Part shown: piece after piece, positions 10,319 to 19,806 of the stretch
Numbering within the stretch: the stretch's first letter is position 1
Layout of the letters: every line of letters begins with the position of its first letter
Assembly (NCBI GenBank): GCA_965219575.1
Contig: OZ244779.1
Coordinates: 268,769-332,768, forward strand
Source of the DNA: Candidatus Oxydemutatoraceae bacterium
GTDB lineage: Bacteria; Pseudomonadota; Gammaproteobacteria; Poriferisulfidales; Oxydemutatoraceae
Reading direction: 5' to 3'
Length of the DNA: 64,000 nucleotides
The notes under the pieces: model-generated
What the model saw: the letters and a program-made list of their open reading frames with translations, nothing else
The model's database searches: none
Told to the model about the DNA's origin: nothing
Program-made: the position numbers and the translations under genes

Positions 10319-11241
10319 TAGATCGCATTACTTTTGCATATAGAATACTTGTTATGTCGAAAGCAAACATCAATTTCCCGATTATTAATTACGGCTTGAT
10401 AGCAAGCGTCGTCTTGCTGTTTAGCCCCCTTTGCATGGGTGCGAATATCGGTGAAGACCCCGTGTATCTTGAAGCGATAGAAAAACTTAATAATAGCGAT
10501 TGGGAAGAAGCGCACCGTTTATTCAAAAGATTACAGGAAAACTATCCCGACGAACCGGCGATACTGAACAATCTTGCGGTTATTGCGGTTCACCAAGACC
10601 AACCCGAACTTGCAATCGAGCTTCTGGAGTATGCCATTTTAAGTCACCCGACGCTCTCCGTCAGCTATAAAAACCTACAATCGCTATACAACTATCGAGC
10701 CGCACAAGAATATAAAAAAGCATTATCTTTGGATTCATTAAAAGTGACTACGCCCGAACTAAGGATCATAGACACGCCGCAGCCTACCGATGACGACGAC
10801 ACCGAAGAGGTGAGTGCGGCCAAACTGGTGCTGGCGGAAAAAGCCATAGAAAAACCTCTGGTCGAGGAAGCGCGCCCGCAACCTTCCGACACCGATATAG
10901 ATCAAATTAAAGCAAACCTAAAACAGTGGGCGGATGCCTGGAGCCGCCAAGACCTAAACGCCTATTTTGACAGCTATATCGAGGATTATCGCCCGCGCTC
11001 GGGAACCGCACATCTGCGCTGGCGCAAACTGCGAGAGACTCGCATCGTCAATCCTCAATTCATCAATATCCGAATATCGGACCTTTCCGCCGACAAACGA
11101 GACGATAACAATGCCACAGTCACGTTCAAGCAACATTACCAATCTAATTTGTTGAAAAGTACCGTCATCAAGAGACTGGAATTCTATAAAACCGAAACCG
11201 GCTGGAAGATTAAATCCGAAAGCGTTGTCAAACAGTCGTAG
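10315..11241 (+). CDS. Secreted TPR protein with C-terminal NTF2-like (Csd6 C-terminal type) domain
   Basis: Hydrophobic N-terminus, TPR-like ILNNLAVI, then W..AWS..D...YF..Y...F.Q.Y.S...WKI..E. Confidence 0.75.
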   Translation: MIDRITFAYRILVMSKANINFPIINYGLIASVVLLFSPLCMGANIGEDPVYLEAIEKLNNSDWEEAHRLFKRLQENYPDEPAILNNLAVIAVHQDQPELAIELLEYAILSHPTLSVSYKNLQSLYNYRAAQEYKKALSLDSLKVTTPELRIIDTPQPTDDDDTEEVSAAKLVLAEKAIEKPLVEEARPQPSDTDIDQIKANLKQWADAWSRQDLNAYFDSYIEDYRPRSGTAHLRWRKLRETRIVNPQFINIRISDLSADKRDDNNATVTFKQHYQSNLLKSTVIKRLEFYKTETGWKIKSESVVKQS

Positions 11242-11250
11242 TATCTAAAA

Positions 11251-12420
11251 ATGAGCAGAACAATTTTTTTATCGATAGGGTGTTTTTTATTTTCGGTGGC
11301 ACTTGCCGATAGCGGGACGATAGAAAAAGAAACCGCCGAAATTAACCTAGAGAGGGCTTTTACCGCAATCTCTACGGGAGAGGTGCAAAAAGCGAAATCT
11401 ATCTTGCTCGATACCCTTGAACACCATCCGAACTTTCATCTTGCCAGAATGGTCTACGCGGATCTAATCGCTGCCCAAGCACAACATTCCCCTTTGTTGA
11501 TCGACCCCGATGCACGGAACAGAGCGCGTATCTCCGGCTTGGCGGAGGAAGCCGCTGCGCGGCTGGTATATAAGCCCCCGAAATCGAACGAACTACCTAT
11601 CAATATCGTTCGGTTGTCGCAAAATCAACACCATGCATTATTGTTCGACGCCGAGTATTCGCGTTTGTATGTATTCGAAAACCACCGAGGGACACCGCAT
11701 TTAATTGCCGACTATTACGCATCCGCCGGCAAAGACGGCATGAATAAAGAGAACGAAGGAGACAATCGCACACCCAATGGCGTATACGAAATTACCCAAA
11801 CTTTAGACGACAATCAATTGCCGGAACTCTATGGAATCGGAGCCTATGTACTCAATTATCCCAACCGATGGGATCGAACACTAAACCGTAGTGGTTCCGG
11901 TATATGGCTACACGGAGTTCCTCGTATCACCTACAGCCGTCCCCCCGAGACCAGCCGCGGTTGCATCGTTAGTAGCAACTCGGTCATGCAATGGCTAAAG
12001 CGTCGCATCGACCCGGCTAAAACATCGGTGGTGTTGGCGAACCGAGTGGACTGGCTGGATACGGTGTCGTGGCAAGCACACCGAGAGCAACTATTATCGA
12101 TAATAGCGCAATGGCAGAGCGATTGGCAAAGTTTGGATGTAGAACGATACTTAGCGCATTATTCCGAGGAATACCGAGATGTGAAACTTAATTATCGACA
12201 AATGTTGAATCAATCCCGACGCAACGCCAAAAAGAAAACTTTCGTCGAGGTGGCAATCAAAGAGATAGATGTATTCCGCTATTCAACGAAACCGGAACGT
12301 TATATCGTACATTTTGACCAAGACTATAAAAGCAATAACTACAATATCGCTTATCGCAAACAACAAATGTGGCAGCGCGAGAACGGCGAGTGGAAAATTA
12401 TTTTTGAGGGACGGGTATAA
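11251..12420 (+). CDS. L,D-transpeptidase (YkuD) family protein with NTF2-like C-terminal domain
   Basis: EGDNRTPNG.Y, GIWLHG...SRGC catalytic motif, C-terminal WKIIFE. Confidence 0.88.
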   Translation: MSRTIFLSIGCFLFSVALADSGTIEKETAEINLERAFTAISTGEVQKAKSILLDTLEHHPNFHLARMVYADLIAAQAQHSPLLIDPDARNRARISGLAEEAAARLVYKPPKSNELPINIVRLSQNQHHALLFDAEYSRLYVFENHRGTPHLIADYYASAGKDGMNKENEGDNRTPNGVYEITQTLDDNQLPELYGIGAYVLNYPNRWDRTLNRSGSGIWLHGVPRITYSRPPETSRGCIVSSNSVMQWLKRRIDPAKTSVVLANRVDWLDTVSWQAHREQLLSIIAQWQSDWQSLDVERYLAHYSEEYRDVKLNYRQMLNQSRRNAKKKTFVEVAIKEIDVFRYSTKPERYIVHFDQDYKSNNYNIAYRKQQMWQRENGEWKIIFEGRV

Positions 12421-12432
12421 ACGATCGAATGC

Positions 12433-13287
12433 TTATTCGGATTGCGGCACGTTATAGCGAAGCCAGCGCACCAAATCGACCCACATCGTACGCAGATCAT
12501 TATCGCTGGGCATATAACGAGACGATTTCAATTCTATCGTCAGCACCGGTATCGCCAAGTCCTCGCCGGCATAACGGCCTAGAGAGCCGGGAAAGGTTCT
12601 TAGATCGTAAAACTTCAAAGGGCCTAGAAAGGCCGGAGACTTCACCGATGTAGGGCCGTCGTAGTCGACCAAGCCGTAGGGTGCATGTAGCGAGACGATT
12701 ACATCGGGTTGAAAATTCTCAATTTCGTTTTCAAGCCAACGACTCTCGTTTTCACTGCGCGCAAATTGTCCGGGATAGCGGCGTGGATCGCTACCGGTCT
12801 GCTGCATCCAATAAGACAATGCGTTACTCTCCCAATCGGAACTCGCCAAATTTCTATTTAGATCTACTCCGTTGCCATTGGTGCGTGTAGCCGGGCTTTG
12901 CAACAAACCGTCTAGGTTGATTGCCGGCGCGAAATGCCAGTGGAATAACCCCGAATGATGACGGTCCAATATCGCCATCCACTTAAAAGAGACGCTGAAC
13001 GAAGCATACTCGTCGCCGTGAATACCACCGATAAACAAAACCCGAGCCAGCGGTTGTCTACTCGCCAGCGGTGGATATTCTTTATATAGAATTGCGCGCC
13101 CTTGCGCAGTATAAGCACCGCTTCCGACGAGTTGCAAATCCAGACATTCTTGCACACTAACCGAAGACAATTTATTGCCGAGCAAACGACACACCTGATG
13201 CACCTCGGTGTGATCTTCTGCATAAGCGAAAAATCTCGGAAGCAAAATCAACATTAAAATTAATAATCGCATAACTATAGCAAACAT
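12433..13287 (-). CDS. mpaA: M14 zinc carboxypeptidase, murein peptide amidase A-like
   Basis: GGIHGDE, RTNGNGVDLNRN, SLH and TIEL motifs; signal peptide. Confidence 0.8.
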   Translation of the reverse strand: MFAIVMRLLILMLILLPRFFAYAEDHTEVHQVCRLLGNKLSSVSVQECLDLQLVGSGAYTAQGRAILYKEYPPLASRQPLARVLFIGGIHGDEYASFSVSFKWMAILDRHHSGLFHWHFAPAINLDGLLQSPATRTNGNGVDLNRNLASSDWESNALSYWMQQTGSDPRRYPGQFARSENESRWLENEIENFQPDVIVSLHAPYGLVDYDGPTSVKSPAFLGPLKFYDLRTFPGSLGRYAGEDLAIPVLTIELKSSRYMPSDNDLRTMWVDLVRWLRYNVPQSE

Positions 13288-13330
13288 TTTGTGAGAATTA
13301 TATACCGTTGTCCGCCTACGGCAACCTACC

Positions 13331-13388
13331 GTAGAATCGCCGATTGAGCCGGTAGGTCAATCGGCGTGACATTATGCAGGACCTCAAC
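13331..13388. repeat. Short fragment of the intergenic hairpin-repeat family
   Basis: GCCGATTGA-gccggtagg-TCAATCGGC hairpin also found in the larger repeats. Confidence 0.7.
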
Positions 13389-13422
13389 CGTTGGATAATG
13401 CAATATCCGAAAATCAATCCTT

Positions 13423-15060
13423 CTATCTACGCGCGCGCATCCCGGGCATCCTACGAGCCAGCTTGGTATCGATTGATTTTGAATAGCGCGTGGTGATGGT
13501 ATTCAACGAGGAGATGTATTTACCGAAGGCCGGCAAATAATCTCGCAGTTTGGCAAAGTCCGAACGTCTTATAAACATAAGGTGGCTCTCTTCGAGTGCG
13601 ATAAGACGCCCGGTGGTCAATATATCTTTTTCTATGGTGCGTTCACCGAAGTGGTCACCCGGCAAAATTTCCCTTTTGAACATTTTGCCGTCCTCTTCCA
13701 CTACTTCTAGTTGCAGACGACCTCTGACTACGGTGTATAGGCCGCGCAGTATTTGATTTTTTCCGGCTACGACATCGCCGGCCTTGAAACGCATGAAACA
13801 AGTACTGGAAGGCAGATGTTGTTGTACATGGACGATATTGCGAGGGATGAAGTAGTCGAACAACCAGTTGAGCGCAATGCGAATCCGTGAAACGGCACTG
13901 GGGAACATTGCCAAATAGATGGCCCGCCACAATGCCCAAGCGATAAAGCCTGAGATACGAAGGCCTTTGATCTCGGCAACTCCTCTATAATCACCGATGG
14001 AGGCAAGCGAGCCGCGAGGTTTATAGGAAAAGCCGGTGAGTGGGAGGTTGTGTATCTCTGCGACGATATTCGATGCCAAAAGGCGCGCCTGACGCACTGC
14101 AAACTGCGCAGTGGGCGGGCAAGGGTTAAATTCGTCAACCGCATTCGGGACCAGCGCAACATCGCCTAATGCCCAGATGTTGGAACAGCCGACTATACGC
14201 AATTTGTCGTCTACCAATAATCTGCCGCGTTCGGTCGGAAAATCTAAGTTCTGCACCATTTTCGGCAGCGAATTTCCGACCGTGGAGACGACGGTTCTAC
14301 AGCCGATGATCTGGCCGTTATCGAGTTCTACCGCATCGGCGGTCATTCCGGTAAGCATTGTGTTGGTGACAATCTCAATACCTCTGGCTTCAAGTTTGCG
14401 CTTAACATATTCCGAAAGTTTTACACCCATCTCAGGCAGAATTCTATCGCCGCTATGCACGAGTACCATCCGTATCCAAGCTTTGCTTATGTGCGGATAG
14501 AAGCGTAAGGTGCGATGTATCATCTCCTGTAGCTCGCCGATTGTTTCGATACCGGAAAAGCCGCCTCCACCGACTACGAAACATAGATTTTTCGTAATAG
14601 CCTCTTCGTCTTTATCGCTGTCGGATTCTTCCAAACATTCGATAATATGGTTTCTAAGCGAATACGCATCGGACAGATTCTTCATTGTCAGCGCGTGTTC
14701 GGTGAAACCAGGCAACTTAGACAACTCGGGCTTTAAGCCGGTGGCAATAACCAAGTGATCGAACGGTATTTCAATCAGCTTGGAATTGGTGCCTTGGGCA
14801 ACATAGACACACCGTTTGCCTTTATCTATATCTATCACCTCTGCCGAACGTACATCTATATCCTTGAGCATCAATCGAATCGGTGTCACCGCATCCTGTA
14901 TGTTGATGACCCCCGATGCAACCTCCGGCAATAACGGCTGGAAAACAAAATAATTTTCCCTATTGATAATCTCTATTTGGTGGTTTTTCCCTAGAATTTT
15001 ATGCAGGTATTTAGCCGTGTATGCCCCACCGAAACCTGCCCCGATAATAACAATACGCAT
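13423..15060 (-). CDS. ndh: Type II NADH dehydrogenase-like FAD oxidoreductase with C-terminal cNMP-binding-like domain
   Basis: GAGFGG, FQPLLPEVA, GGGFSGIE, WALGD and PPTAQFA motifs; C-terminal F..GD.V...G.Y.V..G...PGDHFGE. Confidence 0.85.
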   Translation of the reverse strand: MRIVIIGAGFGGAYTAKYLHKILGKNHQIEIINRENYFVFQPLLPEVASGVINIQDAVTPIRLMLKDIDVRSAEVIDIDKGKRCVYVAQGTNSKLIEIPFDHLVIATGLKPELSKLPGFTEHALTMKNLSDAYSLRNHIIECLEESDSDKDEEAITKNLCFVVGGGGFSGIETIGELQEMIHRTLRFYPHISKAWIRMVLVHSGDRILPEMGVKLSEYVKRKLEARGIEIVTNTMLTGMTADAVELDNGQIIGCRTVVSTVGNSLPKMVQNLDFPTERGRLLVDDKLRIVGCSNIWALGDVALVPNAVDEFNPCPPTAQFAVRQARLLASNIVAEIHNLPLTGFSYKPRGSLASIGDYRGVAEIKGLRISGFIAWALWRAIYLAMFPSAVSRIRIALNWLFDYFIPRNIVHVQQHLPSSTCFMRFKAGDVVAGKNQILRGLYTVVRGRLQLEVVEEDGKMFKREILPGDHFGERTIEKDILTTGRLIALEESHLMFIRRSDFAKLRDYLPAFGKYISSLNTITTRYSKSIDTKLARRMPGMRARR

Positions 15061-15257
15061 GTTACCGTCCGCTGATTGTTTTAGGCATAGATCGACGACC
15101 AGTGGTTTTTGAGGCCACGTACATGTTTTTTTCTGTATAATGCACCACGAATTCCCTCCGAATAAAAATTAAGGCTTGCCTATAGGCTATCATTTCGTTT
15201 ATGATAGCCTATTACTTTGAAAGAAGGAAGTAGATAAACGCGATTAAATGATAAAAA

Positions 15258-15686
15258 ATGAAAACATACAGTGCAAAAGCTAACGAAGTCGAACACGATT
15301 GGTTCGTAGTCGATGCGACCGATCAACCACTCGGCAGACTGGCATCCGAGATTGCACGGCGTTTACGCGGCAAACATAAGCCGCAATTTACACCGCATAT
15401 AGATGTCGGAGATCACATCATCGTTATCAATGCCGAAAAAGTTGCAGTGTCGGGTAATAAAATGCGCGACAAAATGTATTATCGTCATAGTGGCTATATC
15501 GGTTCTCTAAAATCACAATCTCTGCAAAAGCTGTTGGAAGCGCATCCCGAGCGAGTGATAGAAAAAGCGATTAAGGGCATGCTGCCGAGAAATTCTTTGG
15601 GACGTGCAATGTTCGGCAAACTTCGAGTGTACACCGGAAGTACGCACCGACACGACGCACAACAGCCGCAAACACTGAGGATTTAA
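15258..15686 (+). CDS. rplM: 50S ribosomal protein L13
   Basis: [22 protein letters not shown]. Confidence 0.98.
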   Translation: MKTYSAKANEVEHDWFVVDATDQPLGRLASEIARRLRGKHKPQFTPHIDVGDHIIVINAEKVAVSGNKMRDKMYYRHSGYIGSLKSQSLQKLLEAHPERVIEKAIKGMLPRNSLGRAMFGKLRVYTGSTHRHDAQQPQTLRI

Positions 15687-15688
15687 CG

Positions 15689-16177
15689 ATGGCTAAAGTA
15701 GCTAAAACGGAAACCAATACAAAAGCGACGGAAACGAAAACAAAGACGGAAACGTCGAAAACAGAAACGAAAGCAAAAAAAGAAATAAGCAAGCGTTATT
15801 ACGGCACCGGACGGCGTAAAGCATCGGTCGCCCGAGTTTATGTGACAACCGCAGGTTCCGGCAAAATGCGAGTCAACCGACGCCATGTGAACGATTACTT
15901 TAGCCGTGAGACGACTCGTATGTTAATCGATCAACCGTTGCAAGCCGTGGGAGGCAAAAAGAAATTTGATTTTCAAATCACCGTCAAAGGCGGCGGTATT
16001 AGCGGGCAAGCGGGCGCAATACAACTAGGAATCGCTCGTGCGTTGGTTCAGCACGATGAAAATTTCAGAACACTTCTGCGCAACAAAGGTTTTTTGACCC
16101 GCGACGCACGCATCGTCGAGCGTAAGAAGGTCGGCTTGCGCAAGGCACGCAAGGATGTACAATACTCCAAACGTTAA
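15689..16177 (+). CDS. rpsI: 30S ribosomal protein S9 with T/K/E-rich N-terminal extension
   Basis: [29 protein letters not shown]...YSKR. Confidence 0.98.
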   Translation: MAKVAKTETNTKATETKTKTETSKTETKAKKEISKRYYGTGRRKASVARVYVTTAGSGKMRVNRRHVNDYFSRETTRMLIDQPLQAVGGKKKFDFQITVKGGGISGQAGAIQLGIARALVQHDENFRTLLRNKGFLTRDARIVERKKVGLRKARKDVQYSKR

Positions 16178-16184
16178 TTGAACC

Positions 16185-16568
16185 ATGTATGCGATTATTC
16201 AAACCGGTGGCAAACAGTATAAGGTCTCTAAAGGAGACAATATACAGGTTGAATTATTGCCCGCCGCCGTCGACGACACGGTGCGCTTCGACAAAGTGTT
16301 GATGCTAAACGACGAGGATCGTGTGGAAATAGGGACACCCTATCTGGAAAACACGCAGGTCTTGGGCAAAGTCGTGCGCTCGGGAAAAAAAGATAAAATT
16401 AAAGTGGTCAAGTTTAAAAGGCGCAAACGCTATACGCGCATCGCAGGACACCGACAGTCGTTTAGCCGGATAGAAATTACCGATATTCAAAAAACACCGG
16501 AACAGGCTAAGGACGAAATAAAAAGCACCGAGTTCGAAAAAACACCGGGAGAAGACAATGGCACATAA
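16185..16568 (+). CDS. rplU: 50S ribosomal protein L21
   Basis: [17 protein letters not shown]. Confidence 0.97.
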   Translation: MYAIIQTGGKQYKVSKGDNIQVELLPAAVDDTVRFDKVLMLNDEDRVEIGTPYLENTQVLGKVVRSGKKDKIKVVKFKRRKRYTRIAGHRQSFSRIEITDIQKTPEQAKDEIKSTEFEKTPGEDNGT

Positions 16569-16815
16569 AAAAGCAGGTGGTAGCACCCGAAACGGGCGCG
16601 ACTCACAATCCAAACGCTTGGGTGTCAAGCGATTCGGCGGTGAAGTTGTCAAAGCCGGCAACATATTGATACGCCAACGCGGCACCCGATTTCATGCCGG
16701 CACCAATGTGGGATGCGGTAAAGACCACACGCTCTACGCACTCTCCGACGGACGAGTGATATTCGAGCGCAAGGGGGCCCTCAAAAAAAGCTATATCAGC
16801 ATCTCCCCTACTTAA
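16558..16815 (+). CDS. rpmA: 50S ribosomal protein L27
   Basis: [16 protein letters not shown]. Confidence 0.98.
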   Translation: MAHKKAGGSTRNGRDSQSKRLGVKRFGGEVVKAGNILIRQRGTRFHAGTNVGCGKDHTLYALSDGRVIFERKGALKKSYISISPT

Positions 16816-16876
16816 GCAATCTTATCATGCAACATGATGCGACCGTTTGTCGCGCCGTGTACTATACTATCTTAAA

Positions 16877-17908
16877 ATGAAATTTGTGGACGAGGCCGCT
16901 ATTACGGTACAAGCGGGAAAAGGCGGCGACGGCTGTGTTAGCTTTCGCCGAGAACGATGCTTGCCACACGGCGGTCCGGACGGTGGCGACGGTGGCGACG
17001 GTGGTTCGGTGTATCTGGTCGGTGACGAAGGACTGAACACGCTTGCCGATTTAAGACATCGGCCGCTATTCAAAGCAACCGACGGCATCGGAGGGCAAGG
17101 TTCCAACCGTTGCGGCAGGCAGGGTGACGATTTGCTGGTACGGGTGCCGACCGGCACCGCAGTGTATCATCGTCAAACCGGTGAACTCATCGGCGATGTT
17201 TTGGAACACCGAAAAAAATTACTCGTTGCCGACGGCGGCAGGCACGGTTTGGGAAACACGCGTTTCAAATCGTCCACCAACCGCACCCCGAGACAATTCA
17301 CCCACGGTGAAGCCGGCGAATGTCGCGAGCTTTATTTGGAATTGAAGCTACTCGCCGATGTCGGATTACTCGGTTTGCCGAATGCCGGCAAATCCACATT
17401 GCTCGGCGCAATCAGTTCGGCGCGTCCGCGGATTGCCGACTATCCTTTCACCACATTATATCCTGCCTTGGGTGTGGTTCGCGCATCCGAATACCGAAGT
17501 TTTGTGGTTGCCGATATTCCCGGGCTTATAGAAGGTGCCTCCGAAGGAGTGGGTCTGGGCATACAATTTCTAAGACATCTACAAAGAACAAAGTTGTTAT
17601 TACACCTACTCGATATCGGCACGATGGAATCGACGGTGACAGCAGCGCATAATATACATTGCATAGAAAAAGAATTATCTTGTTTCGATGCAGAATTAGC
17701 TACTAAAGAACGATGGCTGGTCTGCACCAAAACCGATAACATGGCGGACGACAGAGTAGTAGACTTTCGCGAGCAATTAATGCGAGACATTCACCTCGAA
17801 CAACCGTGCTTTGCAATTTCTGCGATAAGCGGGAAAGGACTTCCCGAATTGATCAATGCCGTCTGCAACCGTTTGGAACAGATGAATCATGAGCAAACAG
17901 AAAGTTAA
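16877..17908 (+). CDS. obgE: GTPase ObgE/CgtA
   Basis: MKFVDEA, glycine-rich Obg fold, GLPNAGKST, DYPFTT, DIPG. Confidence 0.97.
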   Translation: MKFVDEAAITVQAGKGGDGCVSFRRERCLPHGGPDGGDGGDGGSVYLVGDEGLNTLADLRHRPLFKATDGIGGQGSNRCGRQGDDLLVRVPTGTAVYHRQTGELIGDVLEHRKKLLVADGGRHGLGNTRFKSSTNRTPRQFTHGEAGECRELYLELKLLADVGLLGLPNAGKSTLLGAISSARPRIADYPFTTLYPALGVVRASEYRSFVVADIPGLIEGASEGVGLGIQFLRHLQRTKLLLHLLDIGTMESTVTAAHNIHCIEKELSCFDAELATKERWLVCTKTDNMADDRVVDFREQLMRDIHLEQPCFAISAISGKGLPELINAVCNRLEQMNHEQTES

Positions 17909-19016
17909 AAATAAACGCTGGATTATCAAAATTGGTAGTTCTTTGGTCACCAAAAGCGGACGCGGATTAAACCTTGCCGCAATCCGAACATGGGCGGCAC
18001 AAATTAAAACTTTGCGTGCTCGAGGTTATCACCTTGCCGTAGTATCTTCCGGTTCTATTGCCGAGGGTATCTACCGTTTAGGTTGGGACGAGCGACCGGA
18101 TAGGCTACATCATTTGCAGGCAGCGGCGGCGGTCGGACAAATCGGATTGATGCAAGCCTATCATTCTATATTTGAAAAACACGGCATAGGCAGCGCACAG
18201 ATATTATTGACGCACGAAGATTTAAGCCAACGGCGACGTTATAACAATGCACGCGCAACTTTACTATCTCTGTTTGAAATCGGCATCGTGCCGATCATCA
18301 ACGAAAACGATACCGTTGCAACCGAAGAGATACAACTGGGCGACAACGACACGCTCGCCGCGCAAGTTGCCAATTTGGTCGATGCCGATGTGTTGCTGAT
18401 TCTGACCGATCAAGCCGGTTTGTACGATAAAGACCCCGCTACGAATAAGGACGCAGCCGTCATCAAACACAAAAACGCTTATGATTCCGAACTCGATGCT
18501 ATCGCCGGTCCTAGCGCAAGCGGTTTGGGGCGCGGCGGCATGATCACCAAAGTCAAAGCAGCGCGTACTGCGGCGTGGTCGGGAACTTCGACGATCATCG
18601 TTCACGGCATGAACGATGACATTATCATGCGCATTGCCGACGGAGAAAAATCGGGCACCTATTTAGAAGGCACACACCAGCCTATCGCCCTTCGTAAGCG
18701 ATGGATCGTCAATCTCAAAGCACGAGGAACCTTGGTAATCGACAGCGGGGCGGTTGCGGCACTGTGCCAACGGCAAAAAAGCCTATTACCCATTGGTGTG
18801 ATAGATGTAGAAGGCGACTTTGGTCGCGGCGATATGGTGTTATGCAAAGATACCGACGGGGCTATCGTCGCCTATGGGCTGTCAAACTACACTGCGCAAG
18901 AAGCACGCAACACCGCCGGCAAAAATAGTCGACATATCGCGCAAATCATCGGAAGCGACTGCAAACCCGAAATAATACACCGCGACAACCTCACTCTGGA
19001 AGGCACCCTAGAGTAA
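17889..19016 (+). CDS. proB: Glutamate 5-kinase
   Basis: KIGSS, NENDTV, GDNDTL, GGM.TK, C-terminal PUA domain. Confidence 0.96.
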   Translation: MSKQKVKNKRWIIKIGSSLVTKSGRGLNLAAIRTWAAQIKTLRARGYHLAVVSSGSIAEGIYRLGWDERPDRLHHLQAAAAVGQIGLMQAYHSIFEKHGIGSAQILLTHEDLSQRRRYNNARATLLSLFEIGIVPIINENDTVATEEIQLGDNDTLAAQVANLVDADVLLILTDQAGLYDKDPATNKDAAVIKHKNAYDSELDAIAGPSASGLGRGGMITKVKAARTAAWSGTSTIIVHGMNDDIIMRIADGEKSGTYLEGTHQPIALRKRWIVNLKARGTLVIDSGAVAALCQRQKSLLPIGVIDVEGDFGRGDMVLCKDTDGAIVAYGLSNYTAQEARNTAGKNSRHIAQIIGSDCKPEIIHRDNLTLEGTLE

Positions 19017-19047
19017 AGCGAATAATTAATAGGGGGTGGGCTGTTGA

Positions 19048-19308
19048 TTACGAATTACGCAGGAGATTATTCAAACGGCTCTTGTGGCGAGCTGCCTTGT
19101 TTTTATGGATTAAGTGCTTATTGACACTGGAGTCGATAATCGGCACCGCCTTTTTGTAGGCTTCTTCGGCAAGTGCCTTATCTTCTGCATTGACAGCCTT
19201 GATTACATTTTTGATTGCGGTTCTAAGACGCGACCGAAGTGCAACATTATGCTCTCTATGTCGCTCCGCTTGACGCACTCGCTTACGCGCCGATAAACTA
19301 TTTGCCAT
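19048..19308 (-). CDS. rpsT: 30S ribosomal protein S20
   Basis: [22 protein letters not shown]. Confidence 0.97.
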   Translation of the reverse strand: MANSLSARKRVRQAERHREHNVALRSRLRTAIKNVIKAVNAEDKALAEEAYKKAVPIIDSSVNKHLIHKNKAARHKSRLNNLLRNS

Positions 19309-19337
19309 ATAACTATCTCCGTTGTTTGTGATAAGCG

Positions 19338-19366
19338 ATTATAAGGCGAGCAGAGGAATTTGTCAA
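19338..19366 (-). promoter_or_regulatory. Consensus sigma70 promoter of rpsT
   Basis: Minus strand reads TTGACA-17 nt-TATAAT, a perfect match. Confidence 0.85.
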
Positions 19367-19430
19367 AAGTTCTGCGACCGATGTAAGCGCAAGGTAATAA
19401 ATCGTTATGATAGATACTATTGTGAAAAAT

Positions 19431-19457
19431 AAAAAAGCCGGGGATGTAATCCCCGGC
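19431..19457 (-). terminator. Rho-independent terminator
   Basis: GCCGGGGAT/ATCCCCGGC stem followed by a U-run on the minus strand. Confidence 0.75.
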
Positions 19458-19535
19458 AAAAGGGTCGTGGTAATCATTACCACTTTCTAAGGAGGGTTTG
19501 ACTTCCTGTCGCCGAGTTCAGGGGGGTCTCAGCAA
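19431..19535 (-). ncRNA. Candidate small RNA
   Basis: GC-rich island in an AT-rich spacer, with a GTGGTAAT/ATTACCAC hairpin, a CCCTCCTT motif and its own terminator. Confidence 0.4.
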
Positions 19536-19806
19536 TTAATTTAGTTTAATCTAAATAGCCTTTTCTCATGCAAAAAAAAACTGTCGACCAAACTAAAGCT
19601 AACGTTAAAAGTTCCATTGGGTTGACTCCTATATTAAATACACTACTAATCTATTTCTGTATATAAGTATATCATAATATACTTATATAGCAACATTAAT
19701 TCAAGGGTTTTTACAAAATATTTTTCATTTTTTTGATCTAAAGCAATTTATAACGAGAAATACAGGGCTTCGGGGCAAAATTCGGTTCAACTTTAAGCCG
19801 TATTTG

